A DNA stretch of 64,000 bases from an uncultured delta proteobacterium (lineage in GTDB: Bacteria; Myxococcota_A; Polyangia; Haliangiales; Haliangiaceae). Made by a program: the position numbers and the translations under genes. The notes under the pieces are model-generated. The model saw only the letters and a list, made by a program, of their open reading frames with translations, did not search any database and was not told the DNA's origin. Positions 45,010 to 54,648 of this stretch are shown here, one piece after another. The DNA is taken from the NCBI GenBank assembly GCA_963848295.1, contig CAWKDB010000010.1:4000001-4064000 (forward strand). The letters are read 5' to 3'. Each line of letters opens with the position of its first letter. Positions within the stretch are counted from its first letter, which is position 1.

Positions 45010-45937
45010 GGCGGAGCTCGATACCGCCGCCCGGAGGGTCGCCGATCACGACCGCGCCGCGCCTCAGCTCGCGTCGCTCCTCGTCGTGCGGCAGCGGCTT
45101 CGTCGCGAGCCAGAGATCGCCCGGGCCGGGCTCGACGTTGTCACCCTGCTCGAGAGGTTGCGCCGTGCACCCGTCGTAGAGCATCCACAGGTCCGCGACC
45201 AGGTCCTTGTACCCGAACCGCGCGTAGACGACGAGCAGCCGCGGCGGCGATGCCGACACCCAATGAAAGCCGTACACCTGCTCGGTGCTGTCGTCGCCGG
45301 CGCTCAGCTCGGTGCGCCCGGTCGGCGACTCGCAGGCGAGCTTCTTGCCGGCGGCGGTCACGTGGTACCCCGCGGGCACGGCGTTCACCCACGGGTATTC
45401 GTACGCGTCCATCGGGTCCTCGCCGCCCTCGACCCACTGTTCTCCAGGCGGCCACAATCGGGCGCTCACGTGGCTCATGCATTGGAAGCCATCGTAGGGC
45501 CAACCCCACGTGCACTCCGACCACCAGGCGGTGCCCTCGTCGCCCACGATCAGGCCGTCGGCCGCGCCCTGCACCAGGTCGGTCGCTTCCGGCTGCGGGC
45601 TCGGTCGCGCGAACGCCGCGCGCGGCGGCACCGCGATGCTCGACGCGCCCTCGGGGGTGACCTGCACGACGCGACGGCCATCGAGCTCGACGATCAGGCG
45701 ATCGCGATCGACCCAGCCTCCGGTGATGACGTCGTCCGCCATCGCGGTGCTGCCGACGCGGGTCACCCGACCGCCGGCGAGCGAGAACGCGGTGATGTCC
45801 TTGCCGTCGAACGTCACGAGGTCGGCGGTCGCGAACCACGCGATCGCGGGCGGTCGCGGTGGGCGCGGCGGCACCACCGCGGTCGGATGACCGCAAGCGA
45901 CGACCAGCGACAAGGCAATCCAGCGCGTCACGGCCAT
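44993..45937 (-). CDS. Hypothetical lipoprotein
   Basis: Lipobox VVAC; beta-rich, Trp-rich body. Confidence 0.6.
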   Translation of the reverse strand: MAVTRWIALSLVVACGHPTAVVPPRPPRPPAIAWFATADLVTFDGKDITAFSLAGGRVTRVGSTAMADDVITGGWVDRDRLIVELDGRRVVQVTPEGASSIAVPPRAAFARPSPQPEATDLVQGAADGLIVGDEGTAWWSECTWGWPYDGFQCMSHVSARLWPPGEQWVEGGEDPMDAYEYPWVNAVPAGYHVTAAGKKLACESPTGRTELSAGDDSTEQVYGFHWVSASPPRLLVVYARFGYKDLVADLWMLYDGCTAQPLEQGDNVEPGPGDLWLATKPLPHDEERRELRRGAVVIGDPPGGGIELRPNASR

Positions 45938-45986
45938 CCCGATCGAACCACGAGCCCGGGCAAAGTATTCGCGCGCTATGGCGCGA

Positions 45987-46610
45987 TCACGGACACGCCA
46001 CGAGTTGCATACCTTGCGAGCAGATCCTGAGGTGAGCGCGCAACGCCACGTCATACGTCGCGAACGCCGCGAGCGCCTCGATGTTCGCCCGCTTCACGTA
46101 CAACGTGCCGACGACCGCGCCGATCAGCGCGCCGAGCGTGCCACCGCCGAGCGCGACGTAGCCGGGCGTCGTGATGCCCGCCTTGCGCAGCACCTGGCCG
46201 TTCGGCGCTTCGAGCACGGTCTGATAGCCGTTGAGCAAGTATACGACGATGCCCGCGGCGAGCGCGCCGAGCCCGCAGTAGAACGCGACGCGAGAGTCTA
46301 GGTGATGCGCGTGCGATGCGCGCGCCGCCTGGGCGGTCTCGCTGTCGGGATCGACGAGCGGCAGTAGATCCGCCGGGTCGTAGATCAGCGCGCCGTTCTT
46401 CAGGCGCAGCGAGCTCGACTCGTGGACCGAGACGAAGTTGTTCGAGATCGCCACCGCCGTGGTGGTCTGGCTGCCTTCGGGAGCGAGCTGGTTGTAGGCC
46501 GCCAGCCGCATCTCGGGCGGGTCGGTCGGCGGCGGCGCGCCGAGCGGTACGTTGACCATGCAAGACGTTGCCGCGGCGACAGCGACCGGCGCTAGCCACG
46601 ACGGCTTCAT
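45987..46610 (-). CDS. Hypothetical membrane lipoprotein
   Basis: Signal/lipobox ATSC, two C-terminal TM helices; TACAGT 7 nt before ATG. Confidence 0.6.
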   Translation of the reverse strand: MKPSWLAPVAVAAATSCMVNVPLGAPPPTDPPEMRLAAYNQLAPEGSQTTTAVAISNNFVSVHESSSLRLKNGALIYDPADLLPLVDPDSETAQAARASHAHHLDSRVAFYCGLGALAAGIVVYLLNGYQTVLEAPNGQVLRKAGITTPGYVALGGGTLGALIGAVVGTLYVKRANIEALAAFATYDVALRAHLRICSQGMQLVACP

Positions 46611-46626
46611 GCCCTACACTGTACCT

Positions 46627-46652
46627 GTAATGATCGCGATGGTCGCGACCTA
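46627..46652 (+). promoter_or_regulatory. Putative ECF promoter GTAATG-N8-GGTCG-N-GACCTA (copy 1, before ECF gene)
   Basis: Same motif and spacing as 47582-47607 on the minus strand. Confidence 0.6.
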
Positions 46653-46660
46653 ACCCCGAG

Positions 46661-47215
46661 ATGCCGGTTCCTAGAATGTGTGGCTGCGGCGATTGGGTCG
46701 CCGGCCTCGCGCGCGACCATGCCGCGCGGCTCGCCTCGATCGCGCGTCGCGAAGGGCTGGGGTCGGCGGACGTGCTCGATATCGTCCAGGATGCGTTTCA
46801 CACGCTGCTCGCGCGACCCGACGTCGGCGCGCTGCGGGCGAGCGAGGCCGATGCCGCGCGCGTGCTGTCCACGATCGTACGCAACGCCGCGCGCAACGCT
46901 CGCCGCCGCCACCATCGCGCGCGCCCGCACATCGCGGTCGAGGATGCCGCGCTGGCGACCGCGGAGCCGAATCCGGCCGAGGCACTCGATCGCGCGGTCG
47001 TCGCGGCGCAGCTCGTCAGCTGCATGGCGGCGCTCGGCGACGTCCATCGCCACGTCGTCACGCTGCGCGTGCTCGAAGAGCTGTCCGGCGACGAGACCGC
47101 TCGCGAGCTCGGGCTGACGCCGGGGCACGTCGCGGTGCTGTTGCATCGCGCGCGCAAGGAGCTCGAGCGCTGCATGGGCCCCGAGCTCGACCGATCGATC
47201 GGCCGTCCGGCGTAA
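46661..47215 (+). CDS. ECF sigma factor with N-terminal CxC
   Basis: DIVQDAF (region 2), IVRNAARNARRR, LSGDETARELGLTPGHVAVLLHRARKEL (region 4). Confidence 0.85.
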   Translation: MPVPRMCGCGDWVAGLARDHAARLASIARREGLGSADVLDIVQDAFHTLLARPDVGALRASEADAARVLSTIVRNAARNARRRHHRARPHIAVEDAALATAEPNPAEALDRAVVAAQLVSCMAALGDVHRHVVTLRVLEELSGDETARELGLTPGHVAVLLHRARKELERCMGPELDRSIGRPA

Positions 47216-47235
47216 CAAGGCTGGTCGACTCCGAG

Positions 47236-47574
47236 CTAGGGCGAAGCGATCGCGCGGTCACCGGCGATCGCGCGATCGATCATGCCGGCGATGAACGCGC
47301 GCGGCCTGCTGCCGACGGTGCGCCCGACCTCGCGACCGTCGCGGACGAGCACGAACGTCGGCATCGAGCGCACATCGAACCGCTGCGCGAGCACGAGCTC
47401 GTCCTCGACATCGACCGCGACGACGCGCAGACGACCGGCGTACTCGCGCTCGAGTGCGCCGATCACCGGGTCCATCGCGCGGCACGGCGGGCACCACTTC
47501 GCGGTGAAATCGACGAGCACGACGCCGGGTTGCGCGGTGACCGCCTCGAACGTCTCTTCATCGATGGTCTTCAC
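47236..47574 (-). CDS. Thioredoxin
   Basis: VLVDFTAKWCPPCR, FDVRSMPTF. Confidence 0.9.
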   Translation of the reverse strand: MKTIDEETFEAVTAQPGVVLVDFTAKWCPPCRAMDPVIGALEREYAGRLRVVAVDVEDELVLAQRFDVRSMPTFVLVRDGREVGRTVGSRPRAFIAGMIDRAIAGDRAIASP

Positions 47575-47581
47575 ACCCGTG

Positions 47582-47607
47582 TAGGTCTCGACCTCGGCGG
47601 GCATTAC
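47582..47607 (-). promoter_or_regulatory. Putative ECF promoter GTAATG-N8-GGTCG-N-GACCTA (copy 2, before thioredoxin)
   Basis: Same motif as 46627-46652; 7 nt upstream of GTG. Confidence 0.6.
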
Positions 47608-47654
47608 GATGTACGTCGCTGGCACCGCCGATGTGGACGCGTTAGCGTCGCTGC

Positions 47655-48764
47655 GTGAAGACCCGAGCCGCGATCGCGTTCGCTCCACGTCAACCGCTGC
47701 AGATCGAAGAGGTCGAGCTCGAAGGCCCGAAGCCCGGCGAGGTGCTCGTCGAGATCAGAGCGACCGGCATCTGCCACACCGACGAGTTCACGCGCTCCGG
47801 CGCGGATCCGGAAGGGCTGTTCCCGGTGATCTTCGGCCACGAAGGCGCGGGCGTCGTGCTCGAAGTCGGCGCGGGCGTGACGTCACTCGTCCCCGGCGAT
47901 CACGTGATCCCGCTCTACACACCGGAGTGCCGCGCGTGCAAGTCGTGTCTGTCGCGCAAGACCAACCTGTGCACGGCGATTCGCGCGACTCAAGGCAAGG
48001 GCGTCATGCCCGACGGCACGAGCCGGTTCTCGTTCAAGGGCCAACCGATCCATCACTACATGGGCTGCTCGACGTTCGCGAACCACACCGTGCTGCCCGA
48101 GATCGCGCTCGCGAAGGTGCGCAAGGACGCGCCGTTCGACAAGATCTGCTATGTCGGCTGCGGCGTGACGACCGGCCTCGGTGCGGTGCTGTGGACGGCG
48201 AAGGTCGAAGCCGGTGCGACGGTGGTCGTGTTCGGCCTCGGCGGGATCGGGCTCAACGTCGTGCAAGCGGCGCGGCTCGTCGGCGCGGCGCAGATCGTCG
48301 GCGTCGACATCAACCCGGCGCGCGAGGCGTTCGCGCGCGAGCTCGGCCTGACGCACTTCGTGAACCCGAAGGCCGTGCCGGGCGATCTCGTCGCGCACCT
48401 CGTCGAGCTCACCGGGGGCGGCGCCGACTACAGCTTCGAGTGCGTCGGTGACGTCAAGCTCATGCGGCAAGCGCTCGAGTGTTGCCACCGCGGTTGGGGC
48501 GTCAGCGTGATCATCGGCGTCGCCGGCTCGGGCCAAGAGATCGCGACGCGGCCGTTCCAGCTCGTGACCGGTCGGGTGTGGAAGGGCACCGCATTCGGCG
48601 GGGCGCGCGGGCGCAGCGACGTGCCGCGGATCATCGACTGGTACATGGACAAGCGCATCGAGATCGATCGGATGATCACGCACAAGCTGCCGCTCGAACG
48701 GATCAACGATGCGTTCGATCTGATGCACGCCGGATCGTCGATCCGCGCGGTCGTCGAGTTCTAG
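47655..48764 (+). CDS. frmA: S-(hydroxymethyl)glutathione dehydrogenase / class III ADH (GSNO reductase)
   Basis: GICHTD, GHEGAG, structural Zn Cys cluster, ALECCHRGWG, TRPFQLVTGRVWKGTAFGG. Confidence 0.95.
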   Translation: MKTRAAIAFAPRQPLQIEEVELEGPKPGEVLVEIRATGICHTDEFTRSGADPEGLFPVIFGHEGAGVVLEVGAGVTSLVPGDHVIPLYTPECRACKSCLSRKTNLCTAIRATQGKGVMPDGTSRFSFKGQPIHHYMGCSTFANHTVLPEIALAKVRKDAPFDKICYVGCGVTTGLGAVLWTAKVEAGATVVVFGLGGIGLNVVQAARLVGAAQIVGVDINPAREAFARELGLTHFVNPKAVPGDLVAHLVELTGGGADYSFECVGDVKLMRQALECCHRGWGVSVIIGVAGSGQEIATRPFQLVTGRVWKGTAFGGARGRSDVPRIIDWYMDKRIEIDRMITHKLPLERINDAFDLMHAGSSIRAVVEF

Positions 48765-48770
48765 CGCGCA

Positions 48771-49817
48771 TCACGGCGCGGTGACGAGCAGCAGGCGATC
48801 GCGATCGAGCGTGCGGTTCGACTCGAGCACGACGAACTGACGGGCGTACGCGTGTCCTGCCCGCGGGGCGCTCACCGCCTGCCACACCCAGGCCGCGTCG
48901 TCGGACCACGCCTCTTGCGTCATCGTGCCGTCGGTCCCCGAGACGGCCACGAACGCGGCGCCATCGAGGATTCCGTACAGTCCGGCGTCGGTCGAACCCT
49001 CGGCCAGGACGAGCGAGGTCGTGCTCGCGAGCTCGCTGACGACATAGCTCGCGCCCGGCCCGACACGATCGAGCGCGACCGCGGTGTCGTCGGCATTCTC
49101 GATCGTCGCATACATCGCGTCGCCGATCACCGCGAGGTCATCGGCTGCACCCGGCAGGGATACGAGGGTCGTGGCGGCTTCAGACGCCGTCCTGCGCATC
49201 AGCTCGTCCTCGGAGTCCTCGACCTCATAGAGCGTGGCGACCGCCGTGGCGTCGAAGCTGCCGGTCGGGTCGAGCGCGATCGGGAACAGGTTGTTGAACC
49301 GCCCGTCGACCGTGTCGGACGCGTCGATCGTGATCGACCAATCGCTCGCGATCAGGTACAGGCCGTCGCCGCCGCCTAGCGAGGCCGACGACAGCCAGAG
49401 CCCGACCGCGCCCGCGCCGAGATCGGCGAACGTCGCGCGGGCTGGAGCATCGGGTCCGGTGGTGTCGGGAGTCGCCGGCCGGTAGTCGTGGACGACGAGG
49501 GCGCCCGCCGCGGTCAGTTCGATCAGCGATCGGCCGGCGAGCACCGCCACGCTGCCGGCAAAAGGCGGATACAGCGCGCAGACGTAGCGGGGGGCGTTGT
49601 CCAAGATCTCGCTGCCCCCATCGGTGAAGTCGGTCGCATCATAGGGCACCGCGCCGGTCAGCTCGACGAGCGGCGTGATCGCCCAGCCCGAGGCGGCGTG
49701 CAGGTGGGCATCGACATCGCCGGAACCCTCCGCGTCGGTGGTTCCCGCCTGGTGGAAGCCGAAGCGTCCGCACGCGGACAACGAGGCCGCCAAGATCACC
49801 GCGCGAACAGCGCACAC
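48771..49817 (-). CDS. Hypothetical lipoprotein
   Basis: LSACGRFGF lipobox typical of these genomes; GTG 6 nt after TACGAT. Confidence 0.6.
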   Translation of the reverse strand: MCAVRAVILAASLSACGRFGFHQAGTTDAEGSGDVDAHLHAASGWAITPLVELTGAVPYDATDFTDGGSEILDNAPRYVCALYPPFAGSVAVLAGRSLIELTAAGALVVHDYRPATPDTTGPDAPARATFADLGAGAVGLWLSSASLGGGDGLYLIASDWSITIDASDTVDGRFNNLFPIALDPTGSFDATAVATLYEVEDSEDELMRRTASEAATTLVSLPGAADDLAVIGDAMYATIENADDTAVALDRVGPGASYVVSELASTTSLVLAEGSTDAGLYGILDGAAFVAVSGTDGTMTQEAWSDDAAWVWQAVSAPRAGHAYARQFVVLESNRTLDRDRLLLVTAP

Positions 49818-49920
49818 TGCGCGATCGTAGCATCGCAGCCCGTAGACCACGGCATGAATGCCGGAACGTCGTTCGCGTCACGCGCGGTCGGCTGCCGGTC
49901 GAGCGACGGAGGGGGCGCGG

Positions 49921-50514
49921 TCACGGCCTGCTGACACGCGATGTCCCGGGCTGAGCCGGCGGCGAGTACGTGCAACCCGATTGAAAGCCATTCGCGCAAC
50001 CTACGGTGCACTCCCACTCGCCAGCCACGCACTGGCAGGCGGTCGTGGCACAAGTCGTACAGGCGCCCGTGGTCGGGCCCGACGGGCACGTGGCGAGACA
50101 GCCGAGCGGCAGCGGCTTGCCCGCGCACGAGTTATCGCCGCACTGGCTCGCGCAGCACGCGACGCTCGCGGCGTTGCAGTTCGCGGCGCAATACGGGCTC
50201 TGGTAGCAGGTCGGGTCGGCCGCGGTGCACGACACGCCAGCCGGGCCGCATGTCGTCGGTGGCGTGCATTCGCACGTCGGACACCCGTTGCGGACGAGCC
50301 GCGTCCAACCATCGGGGCAGCCGGTCGTCTCGCAGGTCGTGAGATCAGGACACGTCGTGCAGATCGTGCCGTCGCACAGCTCGGCGCCAGCCGTGCAGTT
50401 CGTGTCGTCGTCGCACGAGGAGCCTGGCCCGCCGCCGGTATCGATCACCAAGACGTTCGTGCGCACCGTGCACGCGGCGGTCGCGACGACGAAGATCCAT
50501 AGTGTGCGGATCAT
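49921..50514 (-). CDS. Cys-rich lipoprotein
   Basis: MIRTLWIFVVATAAC followed by dense Cys pattern; start overlaps upstream stop. Confidence 0.65.
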   Translation of the reverse strand: MIRTLWIFVVATAACTVRTNVLVIDTGGGPGSSCDDDTNCTAGAELCDGTICTTCPDLTTCETTGCPDGWTRLVRNGCPTCECTPPTTCGPAGVSCTAADPTCYQSPYCAANCNAASVACCASQCGDNSCAGKPLPLGCLATCPSGPTTGACTTCATTACQCVAGEWECTVGCANGFQSGCTYSPPAQPGTSRVSRP

Positions 50515-51545
50515 TGCCACCTCGCGCCGACGGATCCGGCGAACGTGAGCCCGGCGAGCTGGACCGCGTCGGCGCCGTTCGCCTTCGCGATCAGGCCTTC
50601 GGCCCAGCCGCCGTCGACCGCCGCGATCAACGACCAGCCGTCGAAGGCGTGGCTCCATTCGACCCCGAGCACGGCCTCGCCGTAGGCGGCCATCGCCGAG
50701 TGTGCGGTCGCTCCCGCGGTCGCCTCCGCGCTGACGCCGACGAGCCCACCCGCGATTCGCGCGAGCGTGCACAGCGCGTGACCGCACACGAGCTCGCGCG
50801 CGAGCGACGCGGTCGCGAGATAGGGCCGCATCGTGCCGAGCGCCTCCGAGCGTTGGCCGACCGCGCCCTCGATGCCGAGCCGGAACCGCGCGTACGAGAC
50901 CTCGGCGCCGACGTCGACGAGCGGGCGCGGCGTCGCGGGATAGACGCGAGCGCCGATGCGCGGCGAGATCGCCCACGTCTGATGCGACGGCGACACGTGC
51001 GCGACGAGCCCGCCGCCGCCGTCGAACGACTCGTGATCGCCGTCGGACGCTACTCTCTTCTTCTTCGGCTCGTCCTTCGCGGCGTCGGCCGGCGGCGGCT
51101 CCGGTTTCGCCTTCGGCTTCGGACTGGGACCGGGCGGCTCGGGAGGGTGCGTCTGCTCCGGTCTGACGATCGGCGGTGCCGAGCCGTCGGCGACCTCGAC
51201 GAGCTCGGCGATCGCGAGTGCGAGCAGCTTGACGCGCAGATCACCCGGGACCTCACCGAGGTTGAGATCGCGCTTGAGCGGGCCGTCGCCCGGCTCGGGA
51301 TCGATCACCGCGCTCGCAGTGACGAGATCGGGGCAGGTCACGACCACCGTGAAGTCACGGGTCGAGCTCGAAGTCGGCGAGAGCTCGTGAAGGATCGCGC
51401 GGCGCAGTGCGAGCTCGTCGAATGCGATACAGCGCGACAGATCGATGCGGGGCGTTGCAGATGCGGTCCCGGCGAGCGCTAGCATCACGGCGGCGACCAA
51501 CGCGGATCGCGGGCGCGTGCGGCAAAGCGCGAGGAGCTCGGTCAT
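50511..51545 (-). CDS. Hypothetical secreted/outer-membrane protein
   Basis: Signal peptide, Pro-rich linker, beta-barrel-like C-terminus ending in W. Confidence 0.6.
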   Translation of the reverse strand: MTELLALCRTRPRSALVAAVMLALAGTASATPRIDLSRCIAFDELALRRAILHELSPTSSSTRDFTVVVTCPDLVTASAVIDPEPGDGPLKRDLNLGEVPGDLRVKLLALAIAELVEVADGSAPPIVRPEQTHPPEPPGPSPKPKAKPEPPPADAAKDEPKKKRVASDGDHESFDGGGGLVAHVSPSHQTWAISPRIGARVYPATPRPLVDVGAEVSYARFRLGIEGAVGQRSEALGTMRPYLATASLARELVCGHALCTLARIAGGLVGVSAEATAGATAHSAMAAYGEAVLGVEWSHAFDGWSLIAAVDGGWAEGLIAKANGADAVQLAGLTFAGSVGARWQ

Positions 51546-51548
51546 TCC

Positions 51549-52745
51549 TTACTTGCTGATCAGGGTGTGCAGCTTGCTGTGGTGAACACCGTGAGGATAG
51601 AGCCGATCGTACTCGGCGAGCGCGGCCGCGGCGTCGGCGGCGCGATGGGCGCGAACGAGCGCTTCGACCCGGTGCGCGTGCGCATCTTCGAGCATCTGGG
51701 TCGGCGAGCCGTTATCGATCATCCGCGCGAATGCCGCCTGTGCGCGATCCGGATCCCCGAGGTCTTCGAGATAGAGCCGGCCGAGCATGAACTCGGCCAT
51801 CCCGGCGGACTCGTCGCGACGCGCACCGACGAGCGCATGCTCGAGGATGCTCGCCGCTTCGGCTGGCTGGCCCGCATCGCGGCGTTGATCGGCCAGGTCC
51901 AGTGCATCGGCCATCGTCTTCGGCGCGGCGACGGTCTTCGTAGGCGTAGGCGTAGGCGCGAGCGTGGGCGTCCTCGTGTTCTTCGCGCTCTTCGCGGTCT
52001 TGACGATCTTCACGGTGGTGGCGGCCTTCGCAATCGGGGGTCGTGCGACGTCGACCGGCGCCGTCTTCACCGCGTTCACCGGCGCGGCAGGCATCGTCGC
52101 GGTCGGCGGCACCGCGGGCTTGGCGTTCGCGGCGACCGACGGGCTGACGACTTCATCGAGCGCCGACCGGGTGTCGTCGAGCGAGATCTGCTGTCCCGCG
52201 GTCAGCCGCACGACGCGATCCGGGACGTGCTCACCGCGCACCATCACGACTCCGCGCTCGACCTTGACGACGACGTGGTGTTCGTCCGCCTCGACCGTGA
52301 ACGCGGTGCCGACGACTTCGACCGTCGCGCGCGACGTCTCGATCTCCCATCGCCGCGGGCCACCTGGGTGAACGTCGAAGTGGACGCGGCCGCGCTGCAG
52401 CTGCGCGACGAAGCGCTCGCCGTCGTTGGTCAGCACTTGCAGGCGCGAGCCGTGCTCGAGCTCGAGCCGCGAGTCGTCGTCGAACGCGACCTGACGGTCG
52501 GCCGGGGCATCGATCAGCTCGCCGGCGCCGACCGCGGCGACCGCGCTGCCGAGTGGACCGGGGTGCGAGGGCCAGGCGAGCACGACCGCGACGGCGGCAG
52601 CGCAAGCGAACGCAGCCCCGAAGATCCACCGCGGGATCTCGAACGTGCGCTTGACGCTGCCGTTGCGAATGCGTTGCCAGTTCGCAGCGATCCGCGCTTC
52701 GTCGATCGCGGGCTGCAGGACTTGTTCGAGCGGTTCGCGGTTCAT
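51549..52745 (-). CDS. FecR-domain anti-sigma factor with C-terminal TPR
   Basis: TM, FDDDSRLEL, LQRGRVHFDV, VEVVGTAFTV, VERGVVMV. Confidence 0.85.
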   Translation of the reverse strand: MNREPLEQVLQPAIDEARIAANWQRIRNGSVKRTFEIPRWIFGAAFACAAAVAVVLAWPSHPGPLGSAVAAVGAGELIDAPADRQVAFDDDSRLELEHGSRLQVLTNDGERFVAQLQRGRVHFDVHPGGPRRWEIETSRATVEVVGTAFTVEADEHHVVVKVERGVVMVRGEHVPDRVVRLTAGQQISLDDTRSALDEVVSPSVAANAKPAVPPTATMPAAPVNAVKTAPVDVARPPIAKAATTVKIVKTAKSAKNTRTPTLAPTPTPTKTVAAPKTMADALDLADQRRDAGQPAEAASILEHALVGARRDESAGMAEFMLGRLYLEDLGDPDRAQAAFARMIDNGSPTQMLEDAHAHRVEALVRAHRAADAAAALAEYDRLYPHGVHHSKLHTLISK

Positions 52746-53335
52746 GGCGCCGCCTCCTCTCCGAGATGATCGCTGACGATCGCCTCGGCCTCACCCAGGC
52801 GTCTCTTCACGGTAGCGAGCGAGCACTCGCACGCGGTCGCGATGTCTTCGAGCTGATAGCCGACGACGTGGCGCAGGACCCACGGCGTTTTCAACTTGAG
52901 CGCCATCCGGCCGAGCGCGCGATCGATCAGCGCGAGCTCGGCGCGCTGTTCAGGCGATGCGTCGGTGCTGGCTTGATCGTGCAACGACGCCTCGAGCTCG
53001 TTCGCCGACCACAGCCGCGTGAACTTGCGCCATCGAAATCGGCGATGCACGCGGCTGACCGCGATCTGGCACAACCAACCGCGCAGCGCGGCGGGCTCGA
53101 CCAAGCGATCGAGCTTCTCGAACGCGATCATGAACGTCTCCTGCACGATGTCATCGACATCGGCTTCTTCGCGCAACAGGCGTTGCGCGGTGCTCGCGAC
53201 CCGGCGCACGTAGCGGCGATAGATCGCCTCGGTCGCCCACGCATCTCCAGCGCGAGCGCGCTCGACCAACTCGCCATCGCTCGTACCGGGTGCCGGTAGC
53301 GCGATGATTTCAGCCGGTTCGGGCGCCGCGACCAT
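52742..53335 (-). CDS. ECF sigma factor
   Basis: DDIVQETF, LRGWLCQIAV, LEDIATACECSLATVKRRL; coupled to FecR gene; start uncertain. Confidence 0.88.
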   Translation of the reverse strand: MVAAPEPAEIIALPAPGTSDGELVERARAGDAWATEAIYRRYVRRVASTAQRLLREEADVDDIVQETFMIAFEKLDRLVEPAALRGWLCQIAVSRVHRRFRWRKFTRLWSANELEASLHDQASTDASPEQRAELALIDRALGRMALKLKTPWVLRHVVGYQLEDIATACECSLATVKRRLGEAEAIVSDHLGEEAAP

Positions 53336-53441
53336 GGAGAGAAGAGCCACGAGCCACATGAAACGGCTCGATCATGTCACGTAATGATGTCGCGGTGTTG
53401 CGCGGTTATTCGAGGGTGCGCCGAGGTGCGAGCGACCGTCG

Positions 53442-54017
53442 TTACGGGAGTTTGCGCCGCTTCGCCTTCAGCTTGGCGCGCGGTTTCGCTGCCGGTCTGC
53501 GCGGCTTGACCTTCGGTCTTCGACGCGTTGGGGTGGCCTTGCGCCCCAGCTCTGGTGGCGCCACCTCGGCCATCGCGACGATCTGCGCGTACTCGCCAGC
53601 GGTCGCGGGCTGAACCGACAGCCGGCTCTGGCGAAACAACACCATGTTCGCGAGCATCGGCTCGGCGCGCAGGCGCGCGAGCGAGACGTAGTGCGGCAGC
53701 TTCGCGACGAACGCGACGTCGACGCAGTCCCAGATCGGCTTGTCGCGAGTCGCTCGCGGATCGAAGTACGGGCTGGCCGGATCGAACTGGGTCTCGTCGA
53801 TCACGCCGACGCGAACCACGCGCGCGAGCCCGGCGACGCCCGGTGGCTCGGTGCTCGAGTGGTAGAACAACACCGCGTCGTCGACCTGCATCTGGCGCAT
53901 GTACGAGCGCGCGAATGCACTGCGCACGCCGCTCCACGGTTCGGTGCCGACGCGCTCGAGATCGTCGATCGAGAACGTCTCGGGCTCGGTCTTCATCAGC
54001 CAATGCTGCTGGGTCAC
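53442..54017 (-). CDS. EVE domain protein
   Basis: HWLMKTEPETFSIDDL, WSGVR, VLFYHSS, SRLSVQP. Confidence 0.9.
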   Translation of the reverse strand: MTQQHWLMKTEPETFSIDDLERVGTEPWSGVRSAFARSYMRQMQVDDAVLFYHSSTEPPGVAGLARVVRVGVIDETQFDPASPYFDPRATRDKPIWDCVDVAFVAKLPHYVSLARLRAEPMLANMVLFRQSRLSVQPATAGEYAQIVAMAEVAPPELGRKATPTRRRPKVKPRRPAAKPRAKLKAKRRKLP

Positions 54018-54048
54018 CCACGGACTATAGCCCGCGTATGATCGCGCG

Positions 54049-54549
54049 ATGTCGATCCGCCCGGCGCGCGCCGAGGACTTCGCGGTGATCGCCGCGATCA
54101 CGAACCACTACATCGCGACCACCGTGATCCATTTCGGCTATGACCCGGTGACGGCCGACGAGCTCCACGCGAGCTGGCAACGCGATCGCGAGCGCTATCC
54201 CTGGCTGGTCTCGACCGACGAAGCCGGCGGAGTGATCGGCTATGCGAAGTCCGGCACGTGGCGCGAGCGCGCGGCCTATCGCTGGACGACCGAGGTCGGA
54301 CTCTATCTCGCCGCCGACGTCCGCGGTCGCGGGCTAGGCACCGCGCTGTACCGCGAGCTGCTCGACGAGGTCGCACGGCGCGGGTTCCGATCCGCGATCG
54401 GCGGGATCACGCTGCCGAACGACGCGAGCCTCGCACTGCACCATCGCCTCGGCTTCGTGTCGGTCGGGATCGTGCGCGAGGCAGGGTTCAAGGCGGAGCG
54501 CTGGCACGACGTCGAGTTCTTCCAGAAGAAGCTCGCGACCGCGCCGTGA
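54049..54549 (+). CDS. GNAT N-acetyltransferase (YncA/PAT-like)
   Basis: RAAYRWTTEV, RGRGLG, NDASLALHHRLGF, GFKAERWHDV. Confidence 0.9.
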   Translation: MSIRPARAEDFAVIAAITNHYIATTVIHFGYDPVTADELHASWQRDRERYPWLVSTDEAGGVIGYAKSGTWRERAAYRWTTEVGLYLAADVRGRGLGTALYRELLDEVARRGFRSAIGGITLPNDASLALHHRLGFVSVGIVREAGFKAERWHDVEFFQKKLATAP

Positions 54550-54648
54550 TAACCGCGTCAAGCGCTGATTCGCCGTCCGGAGCGGCGGGATCATTCGCGG
54601 TCCGCCCGACGATGACTGCGCAACTCGCGTCTCGTAGAATACGTGCGC

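Noticed and set aside
51941..51958. TAGGCG x3 microsatellite
   Set aside because: Encodes the PTPTPT linker in the FecR protein
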